DNA of 64,000 nucleotides from Perkinsus olseni (Eukaryota): NCBI GenBank assembly GCA_013115125.1, contig JABANN010000046.1, positions 1 to 64,000 of the forward strand, read 5' to 3'. Shown piece by piece: positions 37,960 to 49,663 of this stretch (position 1 is its first letter; each line of letters starts with the position of its first letter). The notes under the pieces were generated by a model. It saw only the letters and a program-made list of their open reading frames with translations, ran no database searches and was not told where the DNA came from. The position numbers and the translations under genes were made by a program.

Positions 37960-38899
37960 AGGAAATTCCGGAGTTGCGGAAAAGCACAGCAGAGTGGGCA
38001 GAGTGGGCTAGCGTGAGATAGTTGGTGTACTGAGACACAGGAAAAATAAGTCACTCGGAAACGGCAGCGTCTCTATGGCGAGCGCAACTACTCTTTATGT
38101 CACGAGTGGCGATACCTGTGCGGGGCTCAGCGGGTGTCTCAGTATACTCGCAGAATTGTAGCTAGCTACATCTCAGAATTGTGTATCTGAATGTTATCGG
38201 GCTGATAATATCAGCGTGACGTCGAGTGCCACCCCCTGTCGCGCACCTGAACGGCCTGGGTGCCTGATGTTGTTAAGAATGATGAGACTGCGGTCCTCAG
38301 AAAACAAAATGAGTCTGATCGTATCATACGATTCGTATGTTTCTGAAACATACGATCAGATTAAGATTCTCTCCCCCCATCATTCATCATCACTACTGTA
38401 CGTTGCTGTTTTCATAATGCTCTCCTCTACCTGCTTTGGTCTACCGCTCAGCAACCATCTCATGGACCATAGCTCAACGCATGAACTTTGCGTTTGATAA
38501 AAAAAATATCTTCGGATTCTACTCGATGCGAGCGTCGAGGCTCGATAATTGTTGCTGTATAGAATCGCGGCAGGACTGACTATTATAGATCGAGTTTGTG
38601 GTCAAGAATCATGACCCTGATGCATGAAGGGCCCGACAGGTATCTCTCGTGATTTCCATCATGCCACGTCCATCACCATCAGTAGCCATTCTGTGCGTTT
38701 CATCATAAATAGCGAGTTGTGCTCATCAGTCAAAGCAACCAAGGCGGTTTTCTGTCGCTCACATCGTTCTCAGCTTCGGTTGCACTTTACTTGGTGAGAC
38801 TGGATGTCTCAAACGTCATGCGGGCACTAGCTATGATGAAGCGATCACTGTGAGTTGGAGTTCGCTTCGGAGTACCGAGAAGTTGCCAGTGAACGATTG

Positions 38900-39360
38900 G
38901 ACTATGATTGAGTCGCCTGATGACTACTTCAACAAGGTAATATCACGGGAGGCCATTAGTGAAGCACAGTTTTTGGGGCCGGCTTTTCCTCATGCTCAAC
39001 GACGAACATTTGTTTCTCCTTGCATGACTCAAGTTGAGTCAGCTTCCCATTATCACGAATGAAGGCATCCTCGCCTGCTCGACGAATCCGTCCTGCCCAT
39101 CCAGTCACTAAGGTCCATAGTCATTCACCAATGGCGGTTCCCCTGGAACCGCAGAGCTTTCACACACCCCAAGGAGTGACCCCCGAGTCGGGGGCCCCGA
39201 CACCTCGTCCGGTTAGGATGGATGTCAGCGTCCCTCGGAGGGTAGTCCTTATCGCTGTCGTTTTCACGTTTCGCGTGGCGTCTTCGTCGGGCTCGTGTAC
39301 TCTCGGGCGACCGTAGTACGGCTCGTGTCGGCAAGATGATATCTCGTCGAGATGACCTCA
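38900..39360 (-). pseudogene. Highly decayed array family copy
   Basis: Residual TRYHL and KEKQMFVVEHEEKPAP in broken frames match family TRYYF and ENQLLLTENEEKPAP. Confidence 0.4.
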
Positions 39361-39668
39361 CTCCACATTAGCGAAGATGATGGGTTCACAGGGAGTGCAA
39401 ACGCTTTAATTGAAGGGTCAGGGCTTTTCTATCTTTGATAGCGAGAGTTCAGTAGAGTCCACTGAGTGGACCACTGCCGCCTACAGTAGGCGCCTACTGG
39501 CGTGTACTCCAACAAGATAACAGTGGTCAGGTAACAACATAAAAGTCATTCATAAAGAACATTTTCCACGGTTGAATAATATCGACAGCTTTCAGTCTGT
39601 GCCTTCGAGGTGTTGTTGTAGCACCGAAGTGAGCCAAGATCTGGCTGTCGGGGAATCTCCTGCTCCGC

Positions 39669-40688
39669 CTACTCGATGGACACGGAACCGGAACTATCAT
39701 CGTCCTCTTCTGTGTCATCCTCTGTAAGTAGTTCCTTCTTGAGACCATCCTTGCCACGTCTCCGTAACCTAGATGCGGCATTTCGGACGGCTCTGGATGC
39801 TCTCGCGATACGTGACCTGGCAGCGTGGAATCGCCTAGTTCGACGCAGCCCGAGAAGGTCTGGTAGTTGGCTGCTTTTCACGGGCCAGCCCTCGATGGTG
39901 TTCATTCGAGCCCGCGAGAAGGTCTGTCTCGAGCCGTCAAATTTCGTAGGATCGACTGGTTCCAGGATGAGATAGACGCTGAACTCTTGCGCCCTACCGA
40001 AGGCTCCCACCAGTGCTTTTCCAAGCATAGTGTAGCTCATCTCATTGTACCGCTTAGGTTGCGGACCTTTCACCTGGAGGTGCTTCACTTGTGAGTTCTG
40101 ATCGAACTCAATGGTCGCTCGCAGACCATGCTCAATGAAACCGTGGTAGACACCGTTCGGGGCCGGCTTTGCCTCATTCTCAGTGGCAAATAATCCCTCT
40201 TCCCTGAGCAGACGGTTGGCAGCGGAAACTACCGGGTCGTCGGACCGTACTGGACTTTCGAAATCTTCTTGTGCTGCCGGCGTGAAGGACTTAAAAAGGA
40301 GCTTCCTACGGGCAGGCGCCACGAATATTCTCGAACCCTCCACGTCATCCATAGTGTACATCCACATTTGGCATCGTGCATGCCATGCATCATCTTCATA
40401 ATCTGCACACGCCTCCAAGTGTGGTTCCTTGTACGTGCACTGGAAGCCATCTACAGTGTGGTGTCGGGTACCCTCTCTATTTCTGATCATCCATTCGGGC
40501 CAGAGCTCGAAATAGTATCTTCTCCCTCTATCGGACTTCCCTACGAGGATAGGCTGCTGATGTCCTTCCAGGATCTCTAGTCGTAACGACAGCATTAGGC
40601 CGAGGGTCAGCCAAGGAGCGTGACGATGTTGTCTCATTGGAAATGGTAAGCTGAGAGATCTCGATAGGTGCCGACTCATACGACCCAA
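39669..40688 (-). CDS. Array family protein, intact (probable start 40637)
   Basis: MRQHRHAPWLTLGLMLSL signal-like start, all family motifs, RRRGKDGLKKELLTEDDTEEDD tail. Confidence 0.88.
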   Translation of the reverse strand: MGRMSRHLSRSLSLPFPMRQHRHAPWLTLGLMLSLRLEILEGHQQPILVGKSDRGRRYYFELWPEWMIRNREGTRHHTVDGFQCTYKEPHLEACADYEDDAWHARCQMWMYTMDDVEGSRIFVAPARRKLLFKSFTPAAQEDFESPVRSDDPVVSAANRLLREEGLFATENEAKPAPNGVYHGFIEHGLRATIEFDQNSQVKHLQVKGPQPKRYNEMSYTMLGKALVGAFGRAQEFSVYLILEPVDPTKFDGSRQTFSRARMNTIEGWPVKSSQLPDLLGLRRTRRFHAARSRIARASRAVRNAASRLRRRGKDGLKKELLTEDDTEEDDDSSGSVSIE

Positions 40689-41340
40689 GTAGGTTCACGT
40701 CACGGAGGCAGCACCTGTTCGGACTCCGAACAGGTGCTGCCTCTGAACTTCGGAGACAGACTGTGTGGGGACGCGCACTGAGCGGCAGGGACGCGATGGA
40801 AGAACATGGTCGCCCGAAGACCGATACGGTCTCAGAAGCGGACACATTATCCCCGCTTGTCGTGCGGATGGCGAAAAGTGGTTACAGAATGAAAGTGACA
40901 CATTCGAAAGCGTTGGATCCGTTGAAGTAACAATGTGATCTCAACATTACCGATTCCATTTCCCAAGCCTCTCGTGCGGGGAGATCTCGCCGAGGGGGCT
41001 CTGCGCTAACACTTTCTTCGGTTACTCAAGAGGTAGTAGGAGCTTATTATACCTATCTAATCGGTTCATATATACTTCTGCGAGACACGAGCCGTAGTGC
41101 AACACCACAACTCACTTTTCAACAACACCGTTACACAAAACAATATTCGACAGCTTCATCATTCTTATTATTGAAACACGTTATGTAGAACAAGCATGTC
41201 ATAAAACGATCAATGGTGAATTTCCGGAATAACGGCGAACCGTTTGTTTCTCATCAGCCGAGATTGACAGGGGGAATAGCATTGAGAGAATAGCCAGAAT
41301 CGCGAGATAGCCTCACGTGACGATTCGGCTGCTGTTTAAG

Positions 41341-42303
41341 CTACTCCTTCTTTTTAGCCACCGCGCGCCACTCATCGTCATCGGAACTGCCCTCTTCGGT
41401 GTCATCCTTTGTGAGAAGTTGATCCTTGAGGCCATCTTTACCCCTTCTGCGGAAACGAGACGCAGTGTTTCGGAGGGTCCGGAAGACCCTCGGAACTGCT
41501 TCTAATGGCTTGAAGCTGGGAGACCCCAGAGCTTCATAAACTGCTGCTTCGCCGCCTTTCCAACCTTCAATGGTATTGATTCGGGCACGCGAGAAACTCT
41601 CTCGCGAACCGTCGAACTTTTCTCGGTCGACAGGCTCCAAGATGAGGCCGAGTGTGAACCTCGGGTCGGAGAAGAAGCCGACAACCGCCTTCCCCAGCAT
41701 AGTGTAATGAAAGAGGCCACAGCTTTTCCAGTTCACGCTGACCTGTTTCACTTGCGAGGTTTCATCGAATTGGACAATGGCTTGCAAACCTTCCTCATTA
41801 AAGCCATAATATATACCGTTCCGAGCTGGCTTGTCCGCATTCTGAGTGACAAACATTCGGTCTCTCTTGATAAGATCCGTCACAAGTTTCTGGTCAATTG
41901 TCTGTAGTATAGGACTCCAAGCGAAGCCGCTTCCCGAGTTTGGAGGAAACAACCCTCCAGGACGGTCGCCCGTTCTCTCGGGGGTCATGTACTGTTTCGA
42001 GCCTCTGACGTCGTCGACAACGTAGACCCACCATTGCCAGCCTTTCTGCCATTCAGCCTTACCTTTGGCCTCATTCCGCTCTAGATACGGTCTCATAAAC
42101 ATGCACTCGATGCCGTTCACTGTGTGCCTTCTTATTCCATCTCTATTTCTTCTCATGCACGGAGGCCAAGGTTCGACATAGTACCTTGTTCCATTTTCTG
42201 ACTCGCCTACTACTATTGGCTCCTGCTGGCCTCTGACGATATTAATCCGTAATGACAACGTTAGGGTTAGGCTGAGACAAGCAGCATGACGGTGATATCT
42301 CAT
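41341..42303 (-). CDS. Array family protein, intact
   Basis: MRYHRHAACLSLTLTLSL start, family motifs, RRRGKDGLKDQLLTKDDTEE tail. Confidence 0.88.
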   Translation of the reverse strand: MRYHRHAACLSLTLTLSLRINIVRGQQEPIVVGESENGTRYYVEPWPPCMRRNRDGIRRHTVNGIECMFMRPYLERNEAKGKAEWQKGWQWWVYVVDDVRGSKQYMTPERTGDRPGGLFPPNSGSGFAWSPILQTIDQKLVTDLIKRDRMFVTQNADKPARNGIYYGFNEEGLQAIVQFDETSQVKQVSVNWKSCGLFHYTMLGKAVVGFFSDPRFTLGLILEPVDREKFDGSRESFSRARINTIEGWKGGEAAVYEALGSPSFKPLEAVPRVFRTLRNTASRFRRRGKDGLKDQLLTKDDTEEGSSDDDEWRAVAKKKE

Positions 42304-42912
42304 AGAAGTAATTGGGCAGGAAAGGTAGGCTGAGGGAATTCGAAAGATACCAAGATAATTACTTCTCAAGAAGGTTATCTCTCATAGATGAGTCTCCCTT
42401 TACAGACTGAGCAAGCATATAGTCCGGAAGCGGGCACGTCGATAGAACATCGCTGATGTTACATCAGTCAGCGAACCGACAAAACCAGGGAAAAGCTAAC
42501 CGGCGCTCGAAAAATGCCTGGCGGCGCACAAAAAACTCTTCAGAATGCCTCGCGCGCCGGGAAGGCGAACGAAAATCACCATCGTTACAGTGATGAAGAC
42601 GTACGGGGTAGGTATGCGCCGCATACTATGCAGATCCTGACTCGGGAAACCGGAGTGTGGTGAATTAGTCTCATATCTCAATCAGGTTTTGATCTCAGGC
42701 ATGAATCATGCCGCATGATTCCATTAGCTTTCCGAATGAAAAACGCTCTTCGTATATCTCACTTAGATCTTATGATTCTGCCTCACTCTTCCGCGATCAA
42801 ATCACATTTTCGGCGTGATTGCTGTCCAAAACCAGAATAATTGCATTGAAGCGCGAGTGATCAAATGAACGAATCATCCCTGAGATCAACAATCCTCCCA
42901 CACGATCCAGCA

Positions 42913-43040
42913 GAGGAGCGTGACGATGTTGTCTCATTGGGAATGGTAAGCTGAGAGAGATGTCGAGAGTCTCTCGACGAGAGATGCCAATCCTTTCATA
43001 CGCCCCAAGAAGGTTCGCGTCTCGGAGGCAACACCTGTAC
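42913..43040 (-). pseudogene. 5' remnant duplicating the start region of the 39669 gene
   Basis: AGGAGCGTGACGATGTTGTCTCATTGG...TAAGCTGAGAGA nearly identical to 40614-40730; flank 43085-43400 duplicates 41055-41360. Confidence 0.75.
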
Positions 43041-43422
43041 AGAGACAGACGTTAGTGGTCACATGTGGAAAGCTCAATAAAACAATCTGATCGGTTCACA
43101 TATACGTCAGCGAGACAACAGCCATAGTGCAACACCACAACTTACTGGTCAACAACACAGTTATACATAGCATTCTTCAACAGCCTCATCATTCTCATCA
43201 TTGATACACGTTATATGGAATAAGCAATTTGATAAAGCTGGAATTGTGGATTTTCGTAGTAACGGCAGGCAGTTTTCGCCCATCGCCCCAGCCTGACAGA
43301 GTGAACTTCACTCAGTAAAGTCGGGAAAATAGTCAAAATATCTAGATAATCACGTCACGAATTGGCTCCTGTTTGGGGTACTCCATCTTTCATCTTTGCT
43401 AACCACCGCCTCGCACTATTTT

Positions 43423-44385
43423 TCATCGGGAATGCCCCCCCTCTGTGTTATCCTCCGTGAGAAGCTCGTCCTTGAGACCATCTCTGCCCCTCCTGCGGAA
43501 ACGAGATGCAGCGTTTCGGACGATCCTGGAGACACCAAGGGTCTTCAGTCTTGAATAAGCTCGCGATGGCTTGGAGTTGGGAAACCCCAGAGCTCCATAA
43601 ACTTCCTCTGGGCCGCCTTTCCAACCCTCAATGGTATTGATCCGAGCACGCGAGAAACTCTTGTACCAACCATTGTACTTAGCTGGGTCAAGGGGCTCTA
43701 AGATGAGGCCAATTTGTATGGGCGGGTCGGAAAAAAAGCCGACCACCACCTTCCCCAGCATAGTGTAGTTGAAGCGGTTGCAGCTTCGCGAGTTCACTCT
43801 GACTTGTTTCACTTGCGAGGTTTTATCGAAGTGGACAGTTGCACGAAAAAACTGATTAAAGCCATAATATATACCGTTCGGGGCTGGCTTGTCCGCATTC
43901 TCAGTGACATACACTCGCTCCCTCTCGATAAGATCCTTCACGGGACTCAGATCCATTGGACGTAGTAGAGGACTCCAAGCGAAGCCGCTTCCCGAGTGAC
44001 TCTTCCAGCGGGAGACCGGCTCGCCAGTGGCGGACGGGCCGCCACGGAAGGCCATTCTCTCCTTGGTCATATATTGTTTCGAGCCTTCCACGTCATCGAC
44101 TTTGTAAGTCCACCATTGCCATTCTTCATAAAAGCGTGCCTTAACTTTGACGCCATTCCGCGATAGATACGGTCTCATAAACATGCACTCTATGCCGTTC
44201 ACAGTGTGCCTTCTTATGCCATCTGTATTTCTTCTCATACCCGGAGGCCAGGCTTCAACGTAGTACCTTGTACCGTTCTCAGTCTCTCCTACAAGTACTG
44301 GCTCATGCTGGCCTCTTATGATATTCATCTGTAATGCCAACGTGAGGGTGAGGCCGAGGGAAGCGGCATGACGGTGATATCTCAT
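43423..44385 (-). CDS. Array family protein, intact; close paralogue of the 41341 gene
   Basis: MRYHRHAASLGLTLTLAL start; long near-identical blocks with 41341-42303. Confidence 0.88.
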   Translation of the reverse strand: MRYHRHAASLGLTLTLALQMNIIRGQHEPVLVGETENGTRYYVEAWPPGMRRNTDGIRRHTVNGIECMFMRPYLSRNGVKVKARFYEEWQWWTYKVDDVEGSKQYMTKERMAFRGGPSATGEPVSRWKSHSGSGFAWSPLLRPMDLSPVKDLIERERVYVTENADKPAPNGIYYGFNQFFRATVHFDKTSQVKQVRVNSRSCNRFNYTMLGKVVVGFFSDPPIQIGLILEPLDPAKYNGWYKSFSRARINTIEGWKGGPEEVYGALGFPNSKPSRAYSRLKTLGVSRIVRNAASRFRRRGRDGLKDELLTEDNTEGGHSR

Positions 44386-44434
44386 AGAAGTAATTGGACA
44401 GGAAAGGTAGGCTGAGGGAACCCAAGAAATTCTA

Positions 44435-44667
44435 CTGTGTGTGCCAGTTTGATATGCAAATGGCATTCATGCTGGCACAGTGAGTTCTGTCGCGAAACGG
44501 TTTTTCTGTGATATCTTTTACGAAACGGTTGATCGATTTGAACTTAGTCACTCTTCGGATTCATATCATGATTGCCTCCTGTTTGAAGTATGATTCACCC
44601 CGAGACCCTACCGCACGAGCTAGGTGAAAGCATAAATGCCATTTGCATATCAAACTGGCACACACAG
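44435..44667. mobile_element. MITE with ~39-bp terminal inverted repeats, flanked by TA
   Basis: TA|CTGTGTGTGCCAGTTTGATATGCAAATGGCATTcATGCT ... AGCATaAATGCCATTTGCATATCAAACTGGCACACACAG|TA; absent from the paralogous upstream region near 42350. Confidence 0.9.
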
Positions 44668-45075
44668 TAGGCCCGCTACCTCTTGGAGCGGCCGCCTCTC
44701 AGAGATGGGCCTCCTGTTACAGACTGAGCAAGCAGCTAGTCTGGGAAGCGGGTATTTCGCTACAGCCTCACGAAGCGAGGTGCCGGAAAACGAGGCGTCT
44801 CGAAGGCGTTACCGAAGACATCATATCAAGGCGAGCGAAACTCGCCTTCTTGTCAGCGATGGAGACGTGCGGATTTTCGCCAAGATAGCAATCCACGGAC
44901 TCGCACACCTCGGAGCGGCGGAGGTCGATCGATGAGACAGATGCCATCGATGGCCTCCAACGGAGGCCTTCCGTCGATACCATAAGGCAGCTAGGGAGAA
45001 GGCTTCCGTAGAGACTCCGGTAGAGTCTGGTGTAGTCTACTGATCGACGAAGCGCCCGGCGTTTCGTGGGGGAAA

Positions 45076-45134
45076 TCGGCATTGAGTGGGGGAAACCGTT
45101 TCGGGCCTAAACGGTTTCCCCCACTCAATGCCGA
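45076..45134. repeat. Perfect inverted repeat, 26-bp arms, 7-nt loop
   Basis: TCGGCATTGAGTGGGGGAAACCGTTT-CGGGCCT-AAACGGTTTCCCCCACTCAATGCCGA. Confidence 0.95.
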
Positions 45135-48100
45135 AACTTTCGGCATTTTGCCTTGTCTCAGAAACAAAATCCTGTAACGAGGCCTCAGCGAGTGTCTTCA
45201 TTGGTTGCACCGGATATTCTTCTCTAGTTCGGAGGCAAAATTTTCCAGGTTGGTGAGAATTTCTCACTGAGAAATCGAAAATCTTCTCGAATATCACGCA
45301 GCAAATTCTTAGAAACTCACGGCTTAACGCGGACACCGAAGTCCGGGACTTCAAGTCCCATTTTCGAGCAGTAAAGTGTAATTGAATTGAATTGCAGTAA
45401 TTCAGATTCTGATTGGACCCGAATATCGTATGGCAATTGAGAGAGCGCCTAATAACTAGCTTTCTGCAGGAAAGTCAAACCCCAATTCGGAAGCGTTAAG
45501 GACTGATACAAGGACATTAGCACCTCTGGTTCCGCGCGCCGTTTTACAGTGTGAAATTTACACAGTAAATCGACTTCTTTCGGGTTTTTTTCAACTCTGG
45601 AGTCGTCGAATTCCTGTGTTCAAGAAGGCTTCTCGTGCGTAGCCTCTAGTAGCGGAGGAACACACTGCCTGCTCTCGAGGATGCAACGAGCCACGCAGCA
45701 GAAAATTCAGTGTGATGTCACGGATGACAGTGGATACTCTAGGAAGGCGCTCTTCTCCACACGTGTGCCGATGAGTCAATTTCCTCTGTTTGAGAGGTGC
45801 CCGGAGTGACATGGTCGGACTCACAGATCGTGTGCCACAGAGATACTGTAGTGTTGCTCAGTATCAATACTTGTAGAACACGTTTGTACCAAATCTTGCT
45901 GTAGTGTTACGCTACTATTGCATGCATAATCTGGGTCCTGAGCATGAGGGAGACACTGCCAAACACAGCTTGTGTGGGGTACGAGTTTAGTACCTGGTAC
46001 CTGTGCATGCCCTTGACGCTCCTCTGTTCATCTCGAATCGGCGCTTGTTTTATGGACATGGGATTTCTTTAGACCCTTGTCTACTGTAGTCAATGTTGCC
46101 TAGTAGGAATCTTTCCATTTCTTGACATCTCCACGTGGCACCTGACGAGGTGCCTGTGGTCGTATTCTGAGAGTGCGCGAGTTGACTTTGAGAAAAAGTT
46201 TGATCTGCCCGCAATATGTTGCGGACTGACGCTCTGATGACTCGACGCTATTGAAGACCGTTATTCCAATCTGTTTCGCATGAGGAACGCAAAGCCTCCA
46301 AGAGCCGCAGCGAATCAGAAAGCAAACTCTTCACCAGGTTGATACTCAGCTTTTCTACCCGTAACCTGTCTGTTGCGTTGTTTGAAATATTCTCTTCGCG
46401 TGCACAGAGGGTTGTGGGATCTTTCTATTCCACTGCGGAATGTGGTCCGACTCCGCTTTCTTGCCCGCGCCCTTCCCCTTCACATTTGCTGCGGAGGGCC
46501 ATGCTGGGACTAATGTAAGTCGGGAGAGCGTAGCGACGAGGTACTACCTTCCTGTAGGAGGCTAACTCAACCTCAACTCCCACCGTCGCTGATATGCTGG
46601 CGCCAGTTGTGCGGTACGAGCGATTAGAGGACGACTATGCTGGTGGTGACTACGGATTTGAGTCATCGGAAGGTAATACGAGTATGCGCCTGAGGCTTTG
46701 TGATAGTAGGAGACTATTTATCGAGTTGGTGATTCGGTAGAACTCACGGGGTTCCTGCAGCGTCGTAAATCTCGGATCACAATCGCCGTTGGTCACTAGT
46801 GATCTCGTAGTTCTGTTACTCGCCTTCCCGCTCAGGGAACCTCTCGGCGCCGACCAGCGCTTCGGGTATGTCTTATGATTATGACGATCAGAAAGAAGGA
46901 AGGACGATCGGATGGAGCTCGGGGGATGGTAATGGCACTGTCATCATGGCAGTCCCTGCGGAGATGGTTCACGTCTTACTCGGTCCTCCGCGTATTTGGG
47001 AAAAGGATAGCCCAGAAGAATTAGGCCACGACAGGTCGAAGCCGGCGCAACCCTTTTTTCAGTAGTCTTGAGAGTTTACGATTCATGCGCTCTAGAATTC
47101 CGAACTTATCCATGACAATGAGCTAGGAGAAGGGCAATCGTTGAGTCGGGGGGCCGTGATCGTGCCTGGCAATCGATGGTGTAGAGTCGATCAGAACTCG
47201 CATATTGCCCTATGTTGGTTACTGTGGGGCGCGTATTATTCCCTTGCAGTAGCTATAGACAGATAGCAAGACTCCTTCTCACTCACCACAGCTTCTGGTG
47301 GTCGTGTTATTCCGAGGGCATGCGACATTGACGCTCCCTCTCCCGCAGGTGATTCCCCTACTACCCGACTCAAAAGAAAGTATCACGAATTAGACCCTCT
47401 GCAGGCCACTGGGGCTTCTTATCTCGCTGTGAACGGCCCGGGGTATGATGGATGGATTCCCTCCTGGTCAGGCGCCGAGAGCCTCGACTTGGTCACGGCC
47501 CCAAAGCGACGAACGTTAGAACAAGAATATCGATAGATCGGTCGTTTTACTACAGCCTTAGAATATCTCATCTGGTGAAGTACTATGAACATAATACGGA
47601 TTGCCTCGTGTGCGTCCGTATTTCCTCTGAGCTCAGTCTGCCTGTGCTGTTAAATCTGATCGACATTGATTCTGTCGAATCACGTGGTTCGCCGTTTTAG
47701 CTATCGTAGCTCTACAGTACTTCCTTGGGCGATATCGTTTTCATAAGTCATCACGTGAGGAGTCCTTGCCTGGCCGGCAGGCCGACCCCCGCAATCATGA
47801 TGCCATATCGTTGGTCATCGATAGTCATTTTCATTGATTCTGTCTCACATGCTAATGTATTGCGTTTCCTCGTTCCTCGGCGCTCAATTCGAAGCAGTCG
47901 ATCGATGGAACTCTTCCCTTAGGATGTTTTTGGATGTGGTGCTCACATAGACCGGTCTATTCGATGAGATGACAACATCTCCCACCTGCTCAAGTGTTGA
48001 CTCTGAGATATTAAGGAAGGAGTTCTTCGAGGAGTATGCGTCACCAGTATCGAAGGAGGATTAGGTACAACAGCGTGGATTTGGTATTATTCCTATGCAC

Positions 48101-48299
48101 AGTGCCATTTCGATCTGCAGTACTACGGTGGGTTCATCAACGGATGAATGTTATCAATTATTGATTCCTTCATGCTTAGAGTGCGTTGCTACTTTCACTG
48201 ACCTCTCGTTGGCCGTTCGCTCTACGCCTGATGTCGACGAGCGTGATGTGAGGACGACTACTAAACGAGAAGTAATAACACCAGGGGGACTATTATACT

Positions 48300-49130
48300 A
48301 TCATTAATTTTCAACAACTTCAAAGCTGTCCACGCTTCGGCTCCTGGCCCAGCTTCTCAATCTACTGGAGCTTCGTAGATCAATGCACCTGGGCCACGAT
48401 GGGAGAGCATACCTTCCTGGACGCCTTAGCATCAACTGGTATATCCCTTCCTCATACCGTCTTCTCTGGCTTGTCACCAGGGGGGTTACAACGCAGAGTA
48501 GCTGTAGTTCAGCTACTCGGCGTTGTATTGTCGGACAGTTGCTGTCTACAATGAACCGTCCCCGCCAGTGAGCCCCTCGGTGCTGCCATAGATACTGCTT
48601 TCAACCCGTTGTTGAGGGGCGGGCTGTCTTAGACGACAGCGTCGGAATTTTCTTATTTATCATGAGTATTCCGTATAATTGCAGTCGAGCCCTTGAGTCA
48701 TCCCGTCGCGAGTTCTCACCTGGTCGAACTCTCCAATTGTTCCGTATAGTTGGCCGTCACTAGTTCAACTAGTCTAGTTGCTAGCTCGAAGACTTGGAGG
48801 GCAGAGCCGATAATGATTCGAAACACGACAACGGGAGCCACTGTCATAAGAGTGTACAGCATAGCGTACACCCACATTCGGTATTCGCCGTTCATGGCAG
48901 CTTCAGAGCGCGTTAGATACGACGACCCGTAGCTGCAGTTGATACCGGTAACTACGTGGCTAGTCGTAATCTGTCGTGATCTTGCCCAGTGGGCAAGTCT
49001 GATGGTACAAGATATTATTTTCGTGGGCAATGGCCACGAGGACGGAATGATTTTGACCTTCGGCGACCTCTCCTTGTAACGCAAGGAAAACGGTTAAGCT
49101 GAGGCCAGGAACCTGGAGATGGCATCTCAT
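48300..49130 (-). pseudogene. Decayed array family copy (3' limit approximate)
   Basis: MRCHLQVPGLSLTVFLALQG start, then frameshifted HVVTGINCSY...YRMWVY; multiple stops. Confidence 0.6.
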
Positions 49131-49663
49131 AGGGCACTGTGTATGAGAAGAAAAGTAGAACTTAAGCATCGGCAAACTTGGTTGCCAGTTGCGAGAAGCT
49201 ATCTCCCTGAAGTTGTGATTAATGTCCTGTAAGGCTTTAGAGTGCATCCCCTTGAGTTGCAGTATCACAATCACTCAAATCATGGCATACATGTACGAAG
49301 GACGCGATAAACCGACTATCTATGGAGGGATGTAGGTGAACAATTACAGATTTCTGAGCCAGTGAAAAGAACTGCTGTGTTACTCCCCTGCGCAGCGGCT
49401 CGAGGCTTGCGATTGATTCAGATTCGAATCTTCTCAACATTTAGATGTGACAAAAATTTCGCCGGAGGCTCTGTGCGTTGATGGAGCATATCGATGGCAG
49501 GGGTCAGATTTCCACTTCAACACGACAGCAGTGATATGGTAACAGCAACAAAATTGTCGCGCAACAACAACTTTCCACATGGGGTTCTCAGCACATCACA
49601 TCCCAAGGGACATCGACTTGAATATAACGGAAATTCTGGATAGACATACGTTGGCTGGATAGG

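Noticed and set aside
39451-39510. Small nested palindromes (GTCCACTGAGTGGAC, CGCCTACAGTAGGCG)
   Set aside because: Arms of only 6-7 bp; too short to support a call
39630-39652. Minus-strand ATCTTGGCTCA resembling the 3' part of the spliced leader
   Set aside because: Lies downstream of a stop codon, needs indels to extend, and is the wrong context for a relict leader
46500-47500. Exon-like plus-strand fragments within the array gap
   Set aside because: No consistent spliced frame or recognisable domain
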